This document shows, in pieces, positions 11,294 to 21,431 of a DNA stretch of 33,083 nucleotides. The notes beneath the pieces are model-generated. The model saw only the letters and a list, made by a program, of their open reading frames with translations, was not told where the DNA came from and searched no databases. The translations under genes and the position numbers were made by a program. Source of the DNA: Callorhinchus milii (lineage: Eukaryota); the NCBI RefSeq assembly GCF_018977255.1, contig NW_024705586.1, positions 1-33,083 of the forward strand, in the 5' to 3' direction. The stretch's first letter is position 1; the number at the start of each line of letters is the position of its first letter.

Positions 11294-11610
11294 TTAATAC
11301 CACACAAACGATTGATACCACATACCGAAATAATAAAACAAGCTACATTAATACCACACACTGCACTCATACCACAAACAACGTTAACACCCGACGCACC
11401 ATTAACACCACAACAATATTCCACACACCCTTTTAGAACTCAGACATACAATTAGAATCCTAAAAAAAACATTAATACGACACAGTCCATTAATACTTCA
11501 CTCACATTGATACCATACACTGCATCAATAAGTCACACATGACATTTATACCCGACCAACTCAAGTAGCACCACACGCACCCACTGAATATCCCACACAC
11601 CATATTAACG
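11294..11610. repeat. Degenerate ~17-19 bp minisatellite (CATTAATACCACACACTG-like)
   Basis: Recurrent ATTAATACCACAC / ATTGATACCA / ATTAACACCA units. Confidence 0.7.
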
Positions 11611-11727
11611 ACCCAAAAGCAGAGTGACAACAGCAGAGCAGATCGTCCGGCAACTGATGCTATAGACCCTATCCGTCGTGGTACCGTCGATACCAGAGTT
11701 GAGGTGAGACAAATACCATTGGGTCAT

Positions 11728-11795
11728 TCAACAACAACAACAACTTGGATTCATATAGCGCGCTCCACGCCGCACGACGTCTCAGAGCGCTTTCA
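11728..11795 (-). mobile_element. L2 tail only (type B)
   Basis: (CAA)n CTTGGATTCATATAGCGCGCTCCACGCCGCACGACGTCTCAGAGCGCTT. Confidence 0.8.
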
Positions 11796-12910
11796 TATCT
11801 GACTGAGCGTATCATCCATTGCGATATTGTACTGATTAATTAAGCATCCAATTACCATGCACGTCCTGATAACTATTAATCAAACCATATCCGAAAATCA
11901 TAAATCAAGTGAATTTGATGTACACACTTCATGAATTAAATGCGTATACTGTCATGTTTATTGTGTTGTGCTATTCTTAATACTCGTGTGAGTTGTATGT
12001 TACAAACGAATCATCTATCTAATACTAACACGAGTGTATAGAACGTAACTACCTTTGGCACTTTTACCGACAATAAGCAATTCCTTTATTTTACTGAAAA
12101 ATACTGAGTGATAAAACTGTCGTTTAAATTAAAAAGTAGTAAGCTATACCGAGCGTCCCTGAGTCTCAATATTTGCCACAGGATTGACGGTATCCCGAGT
12201 CCTTGTGATTGGATGATCAAACCGGGAGCCCATAGGATAAACCGTTCAAAAATAAACTGGACCAAGTTAACATTGGGGATCAGAAATCTCAACAAGCCTC
12301 TCACACACAAATAAGCACATAGGGCCACACTCATCACTGTGGAGAAATTACCATCTCTCTCTATCTCTCACTTCTTTCTCTTTCTCTTTCTCTCTCTCTC
12401 ACACACACACACAGACACCGCCACCTTCAACACTGGTGGCACGTTACAGCCTCTCATATATTCACAAAGAAGACCAGCGCCATCCTCAGCACTGCGGGAA
12501 TATTAAAACTTCACACACACAGACACACATATGCACATAAAGCGCTTCGCTCAGCACGCGGGACACATTAGAATATCTCTCTCTCATACACACACACAGT
12601 AAACACAGTGCCATTCTCAGCACTGGGACACATTGAAGCCTCTTTCACACATAGACACCGATATACCTACACATCACCACCGTTAGCACTGGCGGCACAG
12701 GACATTCGCTCTCTGTCTTCCTCTCTCCCGCACACACATAGAGCCATTCTCAGCACTGGGGGCACATAACAGATTCACACACACACACGAACATAAAAAC
12801 ACACAGGGCCGCCCTCAGCAGGAGTTGCGCATCAGATCGTCTCTCACAAACACACACAGGCTCCCATACACAGCGCCAACCTGATCACTGGCGACACAAT
12901 ACATGCACTT

Positions 12911-12945
<35 letters not shown>

Positions 12946-12948
12946 TTA

Positions 12949-13046
12949 TAATAATAATAACAATCCTTGCATTTGATATAGCGCTTTTCACGTCGGGAGG
13001 ACGTCTCGAAGCGCTTCACAGGACACACTGTAAAGTGAATCGACTG
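12949..13046 (-). mobile_element. 5'-truncated Deu-SINE (tail only)
   Basis: Reverse complement of the 3' end of the SINE at 13465-13791. Confidence 0.88.
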
Positions 13047-13184
13047 GAAATTTCTTTCTCACAAACACACTCAGTAAACACATTGCCATTCGCAGCACTG
13101 GGGGCATATTGCAGCTTGACACACACACACACACCCAGCGCCACCTTCAGCACTGTGGGCACATTATATCCTCTCTCTCTCACA

Positions 13185-13315
13185 CATATATATATATATA
13201 TATGTTGATACATATATACGCATCCATCCATCCATCCATCCATCCATCCATCCATGCATACATACATACATACATACATACATACATACATACATACATA
13301 CATACATACATACAT
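13185..13315. repeat. Compound microsatellite (TA)n (CATC)n (CATA)n
   Basis: Direct reading. Confidence 0.95.
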
Positions 13316-13464
13316 GCCCAAGTATAGCGCCACCAGCAGACTGGGGCACTTTACAGCATCACTCTCACGCACAAAGCAATACGGTTAGAGTGGAATCACA
13401 TTGGAGCCTCACTCACAAATTGAAACATACACGCATACCCCCCCCCACACACACACACACACAC

Positions 13465-13791
13465 TCCTGTAGCTCAGTGGTTAGAGCACTCGCTTTGCAA
13501 GCGAGAGACCTGAGTTCAATTCCAGGCAGAGGGCGAAACCTTGGGCAAGTTTCCTTACTCCACACAGAGCCTAATAATAATCCCTCCAAAACCAAAAACA
13601 ATAATAAATTGGTCATTTTCAATCTACGACTGTTTGTGGGACATTGCTGTGTGCAATTGGCTGCCGCGTTCGCCCACAAATATACAGTCAATTCACTTTA
13701 CAGTGTGTTCTGTGAAGCGCTTTGGGACGTCCTCCCGACGTGAAAAGCGCTATATCAAATGAAGGGATTATTATTATTATTATTATTATTA
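13465..13791 (+). mobile_element. Full-length tRNA-headed Deu-domain SINE with an L2-type tail
   Basis: A box TAGCTCAGTGG, anticodon-like arm CTCGC-TTTGCAA-GCGAG, B box GAGTTCAATTCC, Deu core TGTGGGACATTGCTGTGTGCAATTGGCTGCCGCGTT, tail GAAGCGCTTTGGGACGTCCTCCCGACGTGAAAAGCGCTATA and (ATT)n. Confidence 0.93.
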
Positions 13792-14878
13792 TAGCGCCAT
13801 CCAAAGTAATGGCGGCACACTGCAGCTTCTCGCGCTTTCACACCTGCAAACATAAGACCAACCCTAAGCATTGGAGGCACATTACAAGCTCTATCAGACA
13901 GACACACGCACACACAAACACACACACACGGATACACACACAGCGCAACCTCAGCAATGCGGGTACATTAAAGCCTCTCTCTCCCTCAGCAATGGGGGCA
14001 CATTACAGATTCTGACACACGCAGCGCCATGCTCAGTATCGCGGATATATTACAGCCTCATTCACACACACAAATGTAAACACACAAACACACAGCTCTA
14101 ACCTCAGCACTGGAGACACATTGCAGACGCTCTCACACACACACTTACACACGTACACACAGCACGGCATCCAAACCAACCCTGAGCGTCCGTTTGCCAA
14201 ATAAACTCGCTTTGGACGTCAGGGCTATATACCACTGAACACAATTGAGTTAAGGACATCAATGGCATCTGATATTCTGATATCCGCTCAGACTATTCAA
14301 AATTATTTCTGTGTTATGGATTTCTTTCGTCCACCCAAAGAGCCTTGTTCAGATTGGTTAAATAAAGGAAACGGTAATTGTAAACACTCTTTAATTTGTG
14401 AAGTTGTGGCGAATTGACACAATTTTCCTTGTGAATACTATTTTTTCATACAATTTTAGAAATCTTATCCATAATACAAGTTACACATTTCACCAAATCA
14501 AATGAATGAATTCATATGACGGTTTCGTAATCAAATTATTGCTTACGATGGGTTAGTAATGTTCACTGCAATTGATTCATAGGATTAATACAGTGGTTTG
14601 ATGTCGGAATCGCTTGGGTACATTTCCCATCAGCTGGTTGTCATTCACAGCTCAGTTGACCAATATAAGCTTTTTAAAATTGAATTGAAATCGATTTCCA
14701 GCGAAGTGTGACCTCACCTTTCTGGCTGCCAAGAGCCGGAATTATACTCTCCTTATACGAGAAACATCGCCTTCGCAACTGATTTATGTTTTCTTTCGTG
14801 AAACACAGCAATTACCCAGAAATATTTTCACAATGGAAGGACACACTGAAAGCCCCCTTCCGTGCCGCAGATTTTTAT

Positions 14879-15199
14879 CAATAATAACAATAATTATCCT
14901 TGCATTTGATATAGCGCTTTTCACGTCGGGAGGACGTCCCAAAGCGCTTCACAGAACACACTGTAAAGTGTGTTGACTGTATATTTGTGGGCAAATGCGG
15001 CAGCCATTTGCGCACAGCAATGTCTCACAAACAGTCGTGGATTGAAAATGACCAATTTATAATTGTTTTTGGTTTTGGAGGGATTATTATTAGGCTCTGT
15101 GTGGAGTAAGGAAACTTGCCCAAGGTTTCGCCCTCTGCCTGGGATTGAACTCAGGTCTCTCACTTGCAAAGTGAGTGCTCTAACCACTGAGCTACAGAA
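14879..15199 (-). mobile_element. Full-length Deu-SINE, same family as 13465-13791
   Basis: Collinear high-identity reverse complement of 13465-13791. Confidence 0.93.
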
Positions 15200-15679
15200 C
15201 TCCATAAATAATTAGAATAGTAGGGCCGTCATTGAGTGCAGCATTGAATCCATATGTACATAACAAACTTATATTAGTTTAGGTAAAATCCAGAGGTTTT
15301 CTGGTACTCTGAGGAGTTGCCAATGGCGTCAGAGTGATACGGGATATTAAGTTGCTGCCACTATCAGCCCACAGGTGTTAGAGGATCATCTGAAATTATA
15401 GTATGCCTTTAATTTTGTAATTGATTTTGTTTTAACTATAGTTTATTAATAAACTCTGTGACACCAATTTTGATAGTTGAGTCAAATTTCGATCTCAGGG
15501 ATCGGAAATCCAAACAATCCACAGCCTTTCTGGCGATAGATTTTCTACCTTTGAGGGAAAAAAAATAGCTTCCTGATTTGATTCCGATATAGCCTCGATC
15601 TAATCTTAAAATGAAGCCCCTTTTTATGGATTATCCGAATAGAAATAGTTTGTCGGTTACTGCCCTATACAATCCCTAT

Positions 15680-16140
15680 CAACAGCAACAACAACAACAA
15701 CAACAACAAGATTCCATTTATAGAGCGCCTTTCATGTCAGGAGGACGTCCTAAGGTAAGCAACGTAGAAGGGGATCCGGTAGCAACAACAAAAAACACGT
15801 GCACTCTTTTAGCGCCTGTTACGCAGGTTAGGGACCAGAGAGCTTAGGAGTGACGGGGCCTGATGCTGAGCTGGAGAGAGTTTGGAAGGGATCTGTCAGC
15901 ATGATCAAAGGGGAAGGTCATCAGTTGCGACTTGAGGAAGCGGAAGGGTGTTGGAAGGCGATGGGCTTGAGCGAGAATGTTCCAGAATGTCTGTGTGCAG
16001 TGGCTAAACAACTGGAAGAATAATAACGGGGAGAGATATGACCAAGAGGAATGGTTTGTTGAGGCGAAAACCAATGTGGGGTGGGGTGGGGAGGGTGGGG
16101 ATGTGGGGGCTTTTTGTGTGGGGGGAGGGGTTTGGGGAAA
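15680..16140 (-). mobile_element. L2 tail (15680-15755) plus an older L2 3' remnant (~15860-16140)
   Basis: (CAA)n GATTCCATTTATAGAGCGCCTTTCATGTCAGGAGGACGTCC; reverse translation FSHCTQTFWNIL...FRFLKSQLMTFPFD resembles the L2 ORF2 end. Confidence 0.7.
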
Positions 16141-17226
16141 CCAAGGAGAAGACGGGGTGAGCAAACAATGTGGAAAACATCTCCAAATCGGATCTCTATA
16201 AAACGTTTGAAAAAACTGTGTAAAACAATACATGGCTCTGACACCAACATATTAGAGAGGTACGTTGTCTCCTTGTGTCTTGGATGACAATCCCACTGAA
16301 AACCATTGTGCTAAGAGTGCAGATCCGCTCAGTGTAACCAGTGATGCTCCAGACATGTCAGGTGTGTGTGACACTAGAGCAGGACTGGTGAGTGTTCAAA
16401 TGGTTGGGCAAATGAGGGAGCGGAGAACTGAACCTTGCGTGCACCTGGTGCATGTGTGTTGACTGTTTTTGACTGTACCATTTCAATATTTTATTCAATT
16501 AAAATCAGATTGTTGGCTCAAATATTTGTGTGTGTTTGAGTGATTCGGAACGTCGAGACAATGAATCTCAAACAGACAGATGGAAATTAATTGTACGCGG
16601 TTTAAATAATAATATGCATGATACAGAACAAAATAATTACTTAGGCAAATATAGAATAAACAGTTGCTATCATTTTCTTTCCATCGTCTTCATTATCTTC
16701 CGCATTCCCGGGTGTGATACAACGACATGCTGATAAGTACCCAATATTTATGCATGCGAGCAAACATATTTTTGCCACCTTAATCTGCTTCATCTCACAA
16801 AATCCGTTACTCCCCGTCAGCGCCACGCCCTTCCCATCCCATAAAACATCTTATTGAAGCACTCTATCTCCTTTCTCTATATGATTGACATTAGATAAAC
16901 AATTGCAGTCCATAGAGATAAACAGCTTCTCCACATCACTCTTCAACAAACACTGATCTGTCACACTGCAATGCTTTCCCACATGAATAGCCAGGACATT
17001 TCACAAATGGAAGATGTACACTTGTCATTTGCAACAGTTAACCAGGTAAACGACTAGAAAAGCAAGGATATTAGAAACTATAATAGATTTTCTTGCATGC
17101 TTACACAAGACACAAAAGCAACGTCATCAGCGAAATTTCACTTAAAAGCACAACAGTACAACTGTTCTGTAATTAACTCTTTGGGGCAAATGACGTAGCA
17201 TTACAATAAAATGATTAAATTAACGT

Positions 17227-17232
17227 TTTATT
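17227..17232 (-). terminator. Candidate polyadenylation signal AATAAA for the - strand GPCR
   Basis: TTTATT on +, about 455 nt downstream of the stop codon. Confidence 0.4.
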
Positions 17233-17686
17233 AGTCTTCGGTGTGAACATCTCTAGTTAATGTAATTATAATCACATAAATTCACGCTGTTCAATTTCGT
17301 CTGACAGACAACTCAAGTTGACTATGAATTGGGATACTATCTGCACTCACTTCCAATGTTCAGAATATTTGGCATATGATTTCCAACAATCTCAGCGCAT
17401 CAGTGTAGAAACACACACAATTTCAAACACAGTCTCTCCCGTTATTACAATCTCTTCAATCAAAAGGCAGCCAATTCTTTGCAAAAATTCATTTCTCTCT
17501 TTCTCTGCAAATTCACTTTCTCCCTATGTTTCACTCTGAACACACAGCTTCTCTTTCTGTCACTTTCTCTCTCCCTACTCCCCCTCTCCCTCTCAAACTG
17601 AATCCCAAAGCGGACTCATGGTGACTGGACACTGGAAGGACAGCTGCACTCACTTCAATTGATCGGAAGAGTTTCGACTCTGGGTT

Positions 17687-18588
17687 TCAAAATTGAAAGA
17701 AATTAAGAATAGCAGCAAATGAGCAATTGATGGCTCTCGTTACCTCCTGTCTGAATCTAGTCTGAGTCACCGCGTAAATAAACGTGTTTGTGCAGCAACT
17801 GAGCAGGCGAAGCATGTCCCCAACTTCTAAAAAGCTGAACAAGTAGACGGTAGTGTTCACAATCGCCATTGTTACTAATCGATTCAAAAGGGATATGATA
17901 AAATACATGGCCCACAACAGTATAAAACTGCCTGAAATGGTGAAGAGTAAAACCATGGATTTTCGCCTGTTCCTGATCTCTGTGTCACTGTGATTCCTCC
18001 CATTGCTGTGGCCTCGTAGTGACTTACGAACTCTATTAGAGACGAAAATATACCTCACTGTTAGAGAATTCAACAACAGAATCAACGCGAATGGTAGCAA
18101 CGGGTTTAAAGTGTAGTGAAGCAACTCAAATGGTGACCATGTGGGTGAGAGAAATCTGGGTCCTGGGAGGCACTGCAGCCACATATTGTCCGATATAAAG
18201 AGAGGTTCATACTTTATATACCAGGGGATGTTCTTTACACAGCTCAGCACGCACACTGTCACGATAACGGCAGTCGCTGTCCTGCCAGTGCAATATTTTG
18301 TTTTCAGCTTCTGGCAGCAAATAGCGACACAACGATCAAAGGTGAAAGCCAGTGTGAGCCACACTGAGCTGTCTGTGGAGGCATAAAGCAGGACGGCGTG
18401 AAGGTTACACAGAGGAGTCAGACGCATGAAACGAAAAGCGAAATAGTACAGCGACACCATCTGCTCCAATATAACGTCAAAGATAATGACCAGAGTGTCC
18501 GCCGTTGACATGGCCAACAGGTAGCGGGTGATGCATGTGGAGAGACCGCACTGTCCCCGGCACAAGATCACAATCGCCATCAAATTAA
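17687..18588 (-). CDS. Orphan class A GPCR, GPR139-like, exon 2 (TM1 end to C-terminus)
   Basis: Acceptor TTTCTTTCTCAG (AG at 18590-18589), then open frame (V)NLMAIVILCRGQCGLSTCITRYLLAMSTAD...SVWLTLAFTFDRCVAICCQKLKTKYCT...NRRKSMVLLFTISGSFILLW...SCCTNTFIYAVTQTRFR to TGA; hydrophobic segments consistent with 7TM. Confidence 0.95.
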
Positions 18589-18724
18589 CTGAGAAAGAAA
18601 TATGAAGAAAGACTGATCAGATTCATCTTTAGTTGATTAAACTTCCTTTTTTTTCTAGGGGTTAGGGATGATTACCCCGAAAAATGACGGGCAACTCGAC
18701 GCTTCTCGAATAGAGAAGTGTACA

Positions 18725-18812
18725 GTAACGAAACGTGCGCAAGGTTTTGCCTTGTCCTGCCCGGGAATCAATCCCAGGTCCTCTCGAATTCACCAAACAC
18801 TGAACTGCAGGA
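18725..18812 (-). mobile_element. Degenerate SINE head (intronic)
   Basis: Reverse complement TCCTGCAGTTCAGTG...GACCTGGGATTGATTCCCGGGCAGG...AAAACCTTGCGCACGTTTC resembles the SINE 5' end. Confidence 0.6.
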
Positions 18813-19185
18813 ATACATAGTCTCCATATACTGTGTAAAAAATTCTGCACTTTGACCATAATTATTAGAAGCGTTCGAATCAGAGAATGATATGCAATAG
18901 AGAAAAACATTTCTCTCTGCAAACAATTTACAAAGTATTTTAAGTCTGAATACCAGTTAGAAATTAACCTCAGTTCACCAACAAAAGCATTAGAAGAGAA
19001 TTGTGCGTTACTTATAAAAATAGTCATAACCTGCAAATAATAGGACAATAAAAGTCGGAACATTCATATGGTTTCATTTGTGTGTGTTATTTCAACATAA
19101 ATTCCGAATTGAAGTGGAATATAATACTTCAGCAAATATTACAACTTGTGCTTCTGATTTTCGACTATAACCTTTGTCACGTAAT

Positions 19186-19502
19186 AATAGGAATAAGAAT
19201 AATAATCCTAGCATTTAATATAGTGCTTTTTTAGTCTTCTTGGCGACGCAAAGCGCTTCACGGTATATATTGAAAGGTAAATTGTCTCTTTGTTTGTTGG
19301 CAAAACGCCAAACGAATCAATCAACTGCGCACAGCAGTGTCCCCAGAAACGTGAATTGAGTAACAAAATTAATATTTTTTTCTTTAAATTGTTATTCTCA
19401 GGCGCATGGAGTAAGGAAATTTGCCGAAGGTTCCGCACTGCTGGGAATGAAACTCAGGTCTCTAACTTGCGAGGCAAGTGCTCTATCCGCTGAGCTACAG
19501 GA
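19186..19502 (-). mobile_element. Older full-length Deu-SINE in the GPCR intron
   Basis: Head TCCTGTAGCTCAGCGGATAGAGCAC, Deu remnant GGGACACTGCTGTGCGCAGTTG, tail TGAAGCGCTTTGCGTC. Confidence 0.85.
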
Positions 19503-19719
19503 TTCCTAATACAAATAATGGGCGTATATACCAAAATTTCAGAAGGATAATCTGTAAAGCGCAGTGAATGTCTATGTAGCCGTCGATAGGAAAGGTATTT
19601 GCATTGAACAATGTCCCCAAAATGGCAATCACAGAGTGACAGAAAACAAAGAGACTATTTTTCTTAATTTTTCTTAATATGTCCAACAACATCGGAGAAA
19701 ATCCCTTCTCTTTTCGAAA

Positions 19720-20065
19720 TGTGTGGAGGGATGGATGTGCGTAGGTCGGAGGAGGAGTGGGAAATTAATGGATTGGGCATGGGGGGGGTGGTGAGGCGGC
19801 AGGAGTAAAGGAGGAGACAGCAGAGAGCATCGAGAAATTCTATCACCTTAACACACTTTGAAATGGAGCAGATAATGTGCGGTACATGGCAAGTGGGTGT
19901 AGGAGTTGATTTGTGGTGGAGTCGAGGAACCTGGGGTTGTCATTGGATTCTACGATGAAACTGGGATAAGAACACGATTTGGCTGAGGCGAGAATAAAGA
20001 GGCAAATTTGGGCCAACAACCCTCTGACTAGTTTGAGGCAAACTGACTCGGCAGGAGTGCAACCA
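19720..20065 (-). mobile_element. Old internal L2 ORF2 fragment (intronic)
   Basis: The reverse strand resembles the L2 region at ~9400-9700 (EFLDA..., C-rich linker, LDSTTNQLL..LA ~ [11 protein letters not shown]). Confidence 0.55.
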
Positions 20066-20359
20066 TTTGAGCTCATCTGCTTTTGATGTTTACCCAATAG
20101 ATATTGCCCTTACGGTTAGGAACATGTCGATAAAGATCGGTGAAAATGACAGGCTGCTGCGATCGCCTACAAATACACAGTCATTATATTTCACAGTAAA
20201 ATTATGTCAAGGGCTTTGCGAGGTCTCACGCTTTGCAATAATTCTCATTAGTAAATGGAGCGAGATAAGTAAGATAATGAGGTAACATGATAGGAGTTTG
20301 CAGTGAGAGCACAGAGTAAATGCTGAGTGGCAGAGATAGTGCGGTTTGAGCAAACTTAC

Positions 20360-20438
20360 CGGGAACACCAAGCGCTGCAAGAGTTGGGTAGTAAATGGAT
20401 TCAATCTTAAAAATTACTTGTAAAGCTGAAGAGCCCAT
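20360..20438 (-). CDS. GPR139-like GPCR exon 1 (MGSSALQVIFKIESIYYPTLAALGVP + 1 nt)
   Basis: ATG at 20438; donor G|GTAAGT at 20359; the phase-1 join to 18588 makes GVP-V-NLMAIVIL (TM1 GxxxN motif); total 981 nt = 326 aa plus stop. Confidence 0.9.
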
Positions 20439-20507
20439 CTCTGTGTCTGTGGTCCTGAACGAAAGCACTTCTACGATATTGAGCTGATGCATTCATATGA
20501 GGCTACA

Positions 20508-20537
20508 TTTTATAACCTGGAGGAGATACTCCATTGG
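20508..20537 (-). promoter_or_regulatory. Candidate TATA box (TATAAAA, 20514-20508) and CCAAT (20537-20533) for the - strand GPCR
   Basis: Consensus TATAAAA about 70 nt upstream of the ATG. Confidence 0.55.
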
Positions 20538-21089
20538 GATTGTCAGGTTGTTATTTGCAGCTGATTAAAAACAAGTTTTTTGATAATTGGCACACATGTA
20601 AAATCGAAATCGAGATTGCTGTTGTGGGAAAAACAACATTCTCAAATGGGAAATTCAGAATATCGCTACGTCATTGCCGTTTTTCAACAGATTGTTAACC
20701 CCATGAACCTCTATTTAATGCATTGTATTAGATGACCTTGATACGAACATTCTTGTTTTTGTATCAAAACAAAAAAATGCTTTGCCCATCACAGCTTCGG
20801 TTTCCAGCCATCGCTGTCAACCGCTGAGAGACGTCGTCCTGAGTGAAAGTCATTGTGGCTATGTCGCAATCTTGTTGTCCATTGAGGTATACATTATAAT
20901 TCGTGGATATAATTTGGATTGTTTGAGCATCAGCTTTATGTGGTACCTGAATGCATTTGCGCTAATTTATTTCGTCAATTTATATATAACCACATGAAAT
21001 CGGTGGTGTTCTTGACACCGTTAACATGGAAAAAAAGGTCAGATGGAGGCCAAAATTTAACCAGTAGAACCATTTCACCATTTTACTTT

Positions 21090-21431
21090 AATTATAATAA
21101 ACCTTGCCTTTGACAGAGTGCCTTTCATGACAGCAAGACGTCTCAACGCGCTTCACAAAATACATTGTACAGTGAGTTGACTGTATATATATATTGTGGC
21201 AGCTGATTGTGTATGACAGAGTCCCACAAACAGCCATGGATTTCGTGACAACGTTATTATTATTATTTTGAAGAGGTTAATGACAATCGACTACCAAATA
21301 CGGTCGTACGTAATCTTATGTAAACAAAGGCGATTTGAGAAAGCAAACTTGCCGTGCATTTCGCCTTGCCAGTAATCGAACCCAGGCCGTCTTGCTTGCA
21401 AGGCAAGCGCTTAAATCATTGAGCTACGGGA
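21090..21431 (-). mobile_element. Older Deu-SINE
   Basis: Head CCCGTAGCTCAATG...GCTTGCCTTGCAAGC...GGGTTCGATT, Deu remnant CTGTTTGTGGGACTCTG, tail GTGAAGCGCGTTGAGACGTC. Confidence 0.8.

Larger units (their letters stand above)
12320..14160. repeat. Degenerate array of about 19 copies of a ~35-bp motif (CAGCGCCACCCTCAGCACTGGGGGCACATTACAGC) separated by CT/CA-rich spacers
   Basis: Unit starts include 12416, 12475, 12540, 12606, 12672, 12739, 12804, 12871, 13081, 13136, 13325, 13792, 13941, 14022 and 14093; interrupted by two SINE insertions and a microsatellite. Confidence 0.85.

Noticed and set aside
13465..13540. tRNA-Ala(TGC)-like genes here and at 5103-5203, ~15125-15199 and 26463-26535
   Set aside because: These are SINE heads: no proper acceptor stem, and they continue into the SINE body.
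12320..14160. CRISPR array interpretation of the repeat-spacer structure
   Set aside because: Vertebrate context, repeats too divergent from each other, spacers are CA/CT low-complexity, and no cas genes are present.
14218..14290. Faint 5S rRNA-like start (also TCTACGGCCA at ~23479)
   Set aside because: The matches are too short and do not extend into the internal control region.
16265..16395. Possible isolated exon ending at CTG|GTGAGT
   Set aside because: No AG acceptor after the pyrimidine tract and no recognisable protein similarity.
16614..16715. Possible relic GPCR exon 1 on + (MHDTEQ...CYHFLSIVFIIFRIPG)
   Set aside because: Resemblance to YYPTLAALGVP is weak, there is no good splice donor and no downstream + strand exon 2.
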